Shown here one piece after another: positions 60,154 through 64,000 of a stretch of 64,000 nt of DNA (position 1 is its first letter; each line of letters starts with the position of its first letter). The stretch is taken from sequence record NZ_LC532224.1; one strand, 5' to 3'. The translations under genes were made by a program, and so were the position numbers. The stretch is from a plasmid. The notes beneath the pieces are model-generated. The model was not told the origin of the DNA, searched no databases, and saw only the letters and a list, made by a program, of their open reading frames with translations.

Positions 60154-61386
60154 TTACAGCTGATTAAGACATTCAGGAGCCCAGTGAATCGGGAATCCAT
60201 CCTGCCCTGTTAACTGGAGAACATCGTTCCAGTCGATACCCTTTTTCCCATCAGGAATATCTTGTGCTGGTTCGAAGACTTCAATTGTCAGCTTTGATGC
60301 GGGATATCGTTTAGCCAAAAACTCAACCATGCGGCTTTGAAGTCGCTGAGCAGCTTCGATACCGGCACGAGTGCCTTGTGAGTTAGCAATATCCTTATCC
60401 GCCCAGATATAAAAGTTTATATATTTTACATCCGGCGGAGGCAGTAAAAAATCAGGAACAGTAACGTTTTCAAGGCACCATGCGGAGCTGGCTGCCCAGC
60501 ATGGTGTTGAAGTCGCTTCTACAACAGAAAGCGCATTCTCGATCCCTTCAGCCACTCCCAGTGTCCAGGTCGAACTACCTGAATCATAGTGAGGGTCAAA
60601 CAACTGAATTGAGCCACCTGTCATATCGGCAGGAGGCTTCATCATCAGCTTTGGATTTTCTACAGGTGCCTTATCACCGTTTTTGTCTACGTATGTTCTA
60701 TGGATAGTCAGAGGCCGACCTCGGGTGTCACGATAGATTGCAATCATTCCCGGATAGATAATCGATTTCTGCTTATCTTTATCCCAATAGTAGATCCGGT
60801 TATTAAAGCCTAAATCCTTTGGTAAGTGACTCAGTAAGCGGGAGATCCCACGATTACGGAGGTACAAAGCAACAGGAGTATTAGGCTTTATTTCACCGGT
60901 ATAGTGATACATCACATCAAGTTTTCGCATTCGCTTTGCCACTTCCTCTCGGTCAAGAGTTTCTGTGGCACGAACTGCTGATTTATAGCGTCGTTCATTT
61001 TCAATGTCGGCGTCAGTTAACGGAGCATGCAGATCCATCCCGAAAAAATCTGAGAGAATCTTTTTGCAAGTCTGCGTTTTACTTAATTCATAATATTTCG
61101 CCAGAACATCAATTCCGTCGCAAAACTCATTTACCGGAAAGTCATTATGGATCGCACATCCGGTATAAAGGTCTTTTTGCCGGAAACGAAACTTCGATTT
61201 CCCTGCGCCAGTAAACGGGCAAGGAACCTGGCTCGGGGCTTTTGCACAAGCGTCTTTGAAAGCAGGTATTCTTTCGAATATATACTTCCAGCCAGACACT
61301 TCAGCAATTCGAGCATGAACGAGTTTAATAAAGTGTTCAGATACTTCCTGTGGTTTACGACGAAGAGCCGGGGATGCATAAGTCAT
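60154..61386 (-). CDS. DNA primase-like protein (zinc-finger + Toprim)
   Basis: CPFTGAGKSKFRF resembles a primase CHC2-type zinc-binding element. ...IWADKDIANSQGTRAGIEAA... resembles a Toprim DxD region. The start is at the internal Met, which has a Shine-Dalgarno. Confidence 0.6.
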   Translation of the reverse strand: MTYASPALRRKPQEVSEHFIKLVHARIAEVSGWKYIFERIPAFKDACAKAPSQVPCPFTGAGKSKFRFRQKDLYTGCAIHNDFPVNEFCDGIDVLAKYYELSKTQTCKKILSDFFGMDLHAPLTDADIENERRYKSAVRATETLDREEVAKRMRKLDVMYHYTGEIKPNTPVALYLRNRGISRLLSHLPKDLGFNNRIYYWDKDKQKSIIYPGMIAIYRDTRGRPLTIHRTYVDKNGDKAPVENPKLMMKPPADMTGGSIQLFDPHYDSGSSTWTLGVAEGIENALSVVEATSTPCWAASSAWCLENVTVPDFLLPPPDVKYINFYIWADKDIANSQGTRAGIEAAQRLQSRMVEFLAKRYPASKLTIEVFEPAQDIPDGKKGIDWNDVLQLTGQDGFPIHWAPECLNQL

Positions 61387-61467
61387 GATGATCTCTCTTA
61401 TCTGGCATTGTGAGTTTCTCAATGCCTTCTGCGGTGCAGAAGACAGGGAGAAACCCACAACGCAGAA

Positions 61468-61487
61468 TTTAAGAAAGAGGGCCCGGG
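61468..61487 (-). terminator. hairpin terminator (gagggcccccgggccctc + T-rich) after the 73-aa gene
   Basis: A perfect 8-bp GC stem. Confidence 0.5.
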
Positions 61488-61499
61488 GGCCCTCAACAT

Positions 61500-61721
61500 T
61501 TATGCTTCAGTCGTGAAGCCATTATTCTCAAGACGCTGTATGTAGTTATCTACAAGTAACGCAGCCTGCTGGCTATTACCCTCCGCTATAGTGACTTCGC
61601 GGAAGATTCTTTCCTGAGGGCTATCATTGCTTATAACTTCACCAACACGTCCGAAAATACGGACTTTATGCATCGCACCGACTTTTTCATGTTCTACACG
61701 GTAAGTTTTTATCTGAGTCAT
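61500..61721 (-). CDS. small hypothetical protein (73 aa)
   Basis: ORF between two terminator-like hairpins. Confidence 0.4.
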   Translation of the reverse strand: MTQIKTYRVEHEKVGAMHKVRIFGRVGEVISNDSPQERIFREVTIAEGNSQQAALLVDNYIQRLENNGFTTEA

Positions 61722-61793
61722 ATTTTGCTCCTTATTCCTTCATGGAGCAAAAAGACCCACCGGGGCCTTTTTGCCCCGATTGGGTAGAGTTTA

Positions 61794-63800
61794 TTAAGAA
61801 AGTATTTGATGAACTAGCTTACTGACTTCAATAGACAATAAAGAAGTATCATCAACTGTTACGAAAGTGTCCGTTTCAAAACCAATTATTTCATCAGTCT
61901 TAATACCAACACCAACGATTTCTATTCCATTACATTTAGCCTTTTCCATAACTTCGACGATAGTAAATTCCGATTTATTCGGATAACCATCAGTTATAAG
62001 AAAAATTATTTTCCTATCGAATTGGCTGTCAAGTAACAGATCAACAGCTGCCATTAAAGCAGATCCCGTAGGGGTATAATAACCCTTACATCCAAGAGTG
62101 AATTTCGATAGAGATTCCTCAACGCTTTGATCAAACGTTTTGATAATCTCAAATTCACTTTCCTTGAAGGGAAAAACTATATTGGAGACATGCATTTTTG
62201 ACAAACTTTCAGCGGCCATCGATAAAGCAAGATCTGACTTAATGGCATGAATATATCTTTCATCATTAGCCATTGACGCTGAAATATCACGAACTAATAC
62301 GAGGCCAACATGCCCTCTATTTTTAGATTCGCTTTGAGCTCTGAAGACATCACGAACTCCCATTTGTGACAGAATTAATCGATTTCCATCGAAGGTAATT
62401 CCACGCTCATGAGTTTTGTTTCGGCCACGCATTTTAACCTGCTGTAAAACAGACAAGTCGCTACCGATTGAATGACTCAGAGACAAAGCCTCATTGTAAA
62501 CATTCAAATCGATAAGGAGATCAGGGATATCCCATTCAGAAGCACCGAATTCGGCTTTCACGTCATCGGATACTTTTGATGCAATACCTTCAATCTCTTT
62601 AGCCAAAGCATCGTGATAATCTTCGCTATCCTCATCACTGCTAAGAAAGGCATCCAACAAATCTGCCAGTATCTCCCATTGAGCCGATGAAAAGTTACTT
62701 TCATCTTCAACGTTAGTCGAACTGGCTTCATCTGATTCACTCTCGGAAGGGTTAATCGCATCAGTATCGTCTTCAATAATGTTATCACCCGTGGGATTGC
62801 CACCGGTGGGTTCATTATTTCCCTCGTTATCTTCAGCAAGTTCTGAAGGCTCAGAACATCCCTCTTGAGCAAGATCAGCGTTATCGGAAGTATCTGCCTG
62901 ACCTTCACTATCGTCCTCAGAATCATCCTCACGACTATCAGTCGACGTAAGCGATTTATCTTCTGATTCGGTATCGGTATCGGTCTCGGATTCATCATAT
63001 GCCTCCTGCTCCTCCTGCTCTGTCTGCTGCTGTTGTTCCTTTGCCTCATCCCGCAGTCTCTCTAAAAGAGCCAGGGTCTTACGAGCAAGGGATTCACAGC
63101 CCTGAGTATTTTCACAACCAAGAGCATCATGAAAAATTTCCTCAACATCAGAAATTACTGGAGAAAGTATCTTTTGGGCATAGTCAAAAAACGGATCGAG
63201 GGTTTCTTTGTGACCTACCTGCTGAAGGACTTTTACTCGCAATGAGTTAAGCAGATACCACTCAATAAATAGGACAGGATTTTCCGGACGAGAAGATATA
63301 TCAGGAGTCATCCTTCCGGCTTTAACCATCAGTGCGTAAGTGGCTGCAAGCCGCCGCTTTGCATCCGGATAATCGTTACCAACCTTCTCTTCCATCTGTA
63401 CATCATCGAACAGATTTATAAGCCCGGTAAGACGTTTTGCCCTGCTATAAGCTTTACGTTTCTCAGCGAGGCTCTCAAACTCTGCATTCATTCCGTCATC
63501 GAAGCGTGTAAACCCTTCAGATGACATGAGAACACTATTAAAGGCGTCACTGTAAACCTCACTGACGGTATAGCGACCATGACCAGCTTCATGACAGGTA
63601 AAACCTTCAATCAGACTGACAAAGTCATCATCGCTATAATCGCCGTTTGGTAAAACACAAACTTTATTGACAGGATCAAAATACGGTCCTTTGGTATTGT
63701 CGTCTATTACAACTCTTACATCGCCTAAGCCGCTAATGACTTTTGCTATATTCTGTAAACGCTTAATATGGCGCGGCGATGATTTAAGATCTAATTTCAT
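61794..63800 (-). CDS. CobT-like protein: N-terminal domain, long acidic Asp/Glu/Ser-rich linker, C-terminal vWA domain
   Basis: The C-terminal MIDAS (VLVRDISASM...ITDGYP) and a ~150-aa acidic low-complexity region match the cobaltochelatase CobT-like architecture common on plasmids and phages. Confidence 0.7.
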   Translation of the reverse strand: MKLDLKSSPRHIKRLQNIAKVISGLGDVRVVIDDNTKGPYFDPVNKVCVLPNGDYSDDDFVSLIEGFTCHEAGHGRYTVSEVYSDAFNSVLMSSEGFTRFDDGMNAEFESLAEKRKAYSRAKRLTGLINLFDDVQMEEKVGNDYPDAKRRLAATYALMVKAGRMTPDISSRPENPVLFIEWYLLNSLRVKVLQQVGHKETLDPFFDYAQKILSPVISDVEEIFHDALGCENTQGCESLARKTLALLERLRDEAKEQQQQTEQEEQEAYDESETDTDTESEDKSLTSTDSREDDSEDDSEGQADTSDNADLAQEGCSEPSELAEDNEGNNEPTGGNPTGDNIIEDDTDAINPSESESDEASSTNVEDESNFSSAQWEILADLLDAFLSSDEDSEDYHDALAKEIEGIASKVSDDVKAEFGASEWDIPDLLIDLNVYNEALSLSHSIGSDLSVLQQVKMRGRNKTHERGITFDGNRLILSQMGVRDVFRAQSESKNRGHVGLVLVRDISASMANDERYIHAIKSDLALSMAAESLSKMHVSNIVFPFKESEFEIIKTFDQSVEESLSKFTLGCKGYYTPTGSALMAAVDLLLDSQFDRKIIFLITDGYPNKSEFTIVEVMEKAKCNGIEIVGVGIKTDEIIGFETDTFVTVDDTSLLSIEVSKLVHQILS

Positions 63801-63878
63801 AGAATACCTCTTTATAAAAAAGGGGTACTCACCCAGATGGTGAAGTACCCATCTGGGGTTTTTAATAAAGCAAACAGT

Positions 63879-64000
63879 TACCAGCCTTTGAGCTCGATAT
63901 CAAAACCATTTTCAGCATTGTCTTCCTGTTGCGAAACTGATTTCTCAGGTTCAGCTACAGAATCAGTGTTTGAAAACGTGCTGTTTTTTATATCGTTCTC
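63879..64000 (-). CDS. 3' end of a gene continuing beyond the window (C-terminus ...DIELKGW)
   Basis: The open frame runs off the window edge. No identification possible. Confidence 0.3.

Noticed and set aside
1-64000. Searched for CRISPR arrays, tRNA and rRNA genes.
   Set aside because: No regularly spaced direct repeats with unique spacers, no tRNA-like cloverleaf candidates and no rRNA-like conserved stretches were recognised.

Overview
The window looks like an AT-rich accessory backbone of a large enterobacterial plasmid, IncHI2/R478-like, inferred from plasmid-type hns and hha plus a complete tellurite-resistance island. Running through it:

- **1 to 6.7 kb:** an H-NS-family gene, two HNH-endonuclease modules each with a small partner gene, and a hipBA toxin-antitoxin pair with three palindromic operator-like repeats.
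- **7.1 to 9.9 kb:** an unassigned three-gene operon: S1/trypsin-like serine protease, glycine-zipper membrane protein, and a 462-aa protein with no recognisable family.
- **10.2 to 10.4 kb:** a miniature-inverted-repeat-like element.
- **11.8 to 14.5 kb and 23.3 to 23.7 kb:** a translationally coupled CoiA-like nuclease plus UvrD-like SF1 helicase pair. The helicase is split by an 8.9-kb GC-rich Tn21-subfamily (Tn3-family) transposon with TGATC target duplications.
- **14.5 to 23.3 kb, the transposon:** it carries tnpR, a HepT/MNT toxin-antitoxin pair, a cupin gene, a three-gene membrane operon and tnpA. Both 38-bp terminal repeats are interrupted at the identical position by inverted copies of a 1.3-kb IS4321/IS5075-like IS110-family element.
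- **23.7 to 24.4 kb:** decayed gene fragments.
- **26.4 to 46.3 kb:** terZABCDEF on the minus strand, then divergently an ATP-grasp/PRTase/HAD/PRTase-like/HpcH-CitE biosynthetic module, a DUF4236 gene, a terW-like regulator, a terY-terX-terY-terY vWA cluster, a PP2C phosphatase and a Ser/Thr kinase.
- **46.5 to 49.5 kb:** an orphan second CoiA-like nuclease, hha, and a tyrosine recombinase.
- **49.5 to 54 kb:** a block of small hypothetical and membrane genes.
- **54.3 to 59.3 kb:** five tandem divergent ~300-aa paralogs, each preceded by a conserved stem-loop/RBS cassette.
- **59.4 to 63.8 kb:** a Toprim/zinc-finger primase-like gene and a CobT-like acidic vWA protein.

The best candidates for undescribed systems are the protease/Gly-zipper/462-aa operon, the transposon-inactivated CoiA-nuclease plus UvrD-helicase pair, the two HNH modules, and the five-paralog array with its hairpin cassettes.
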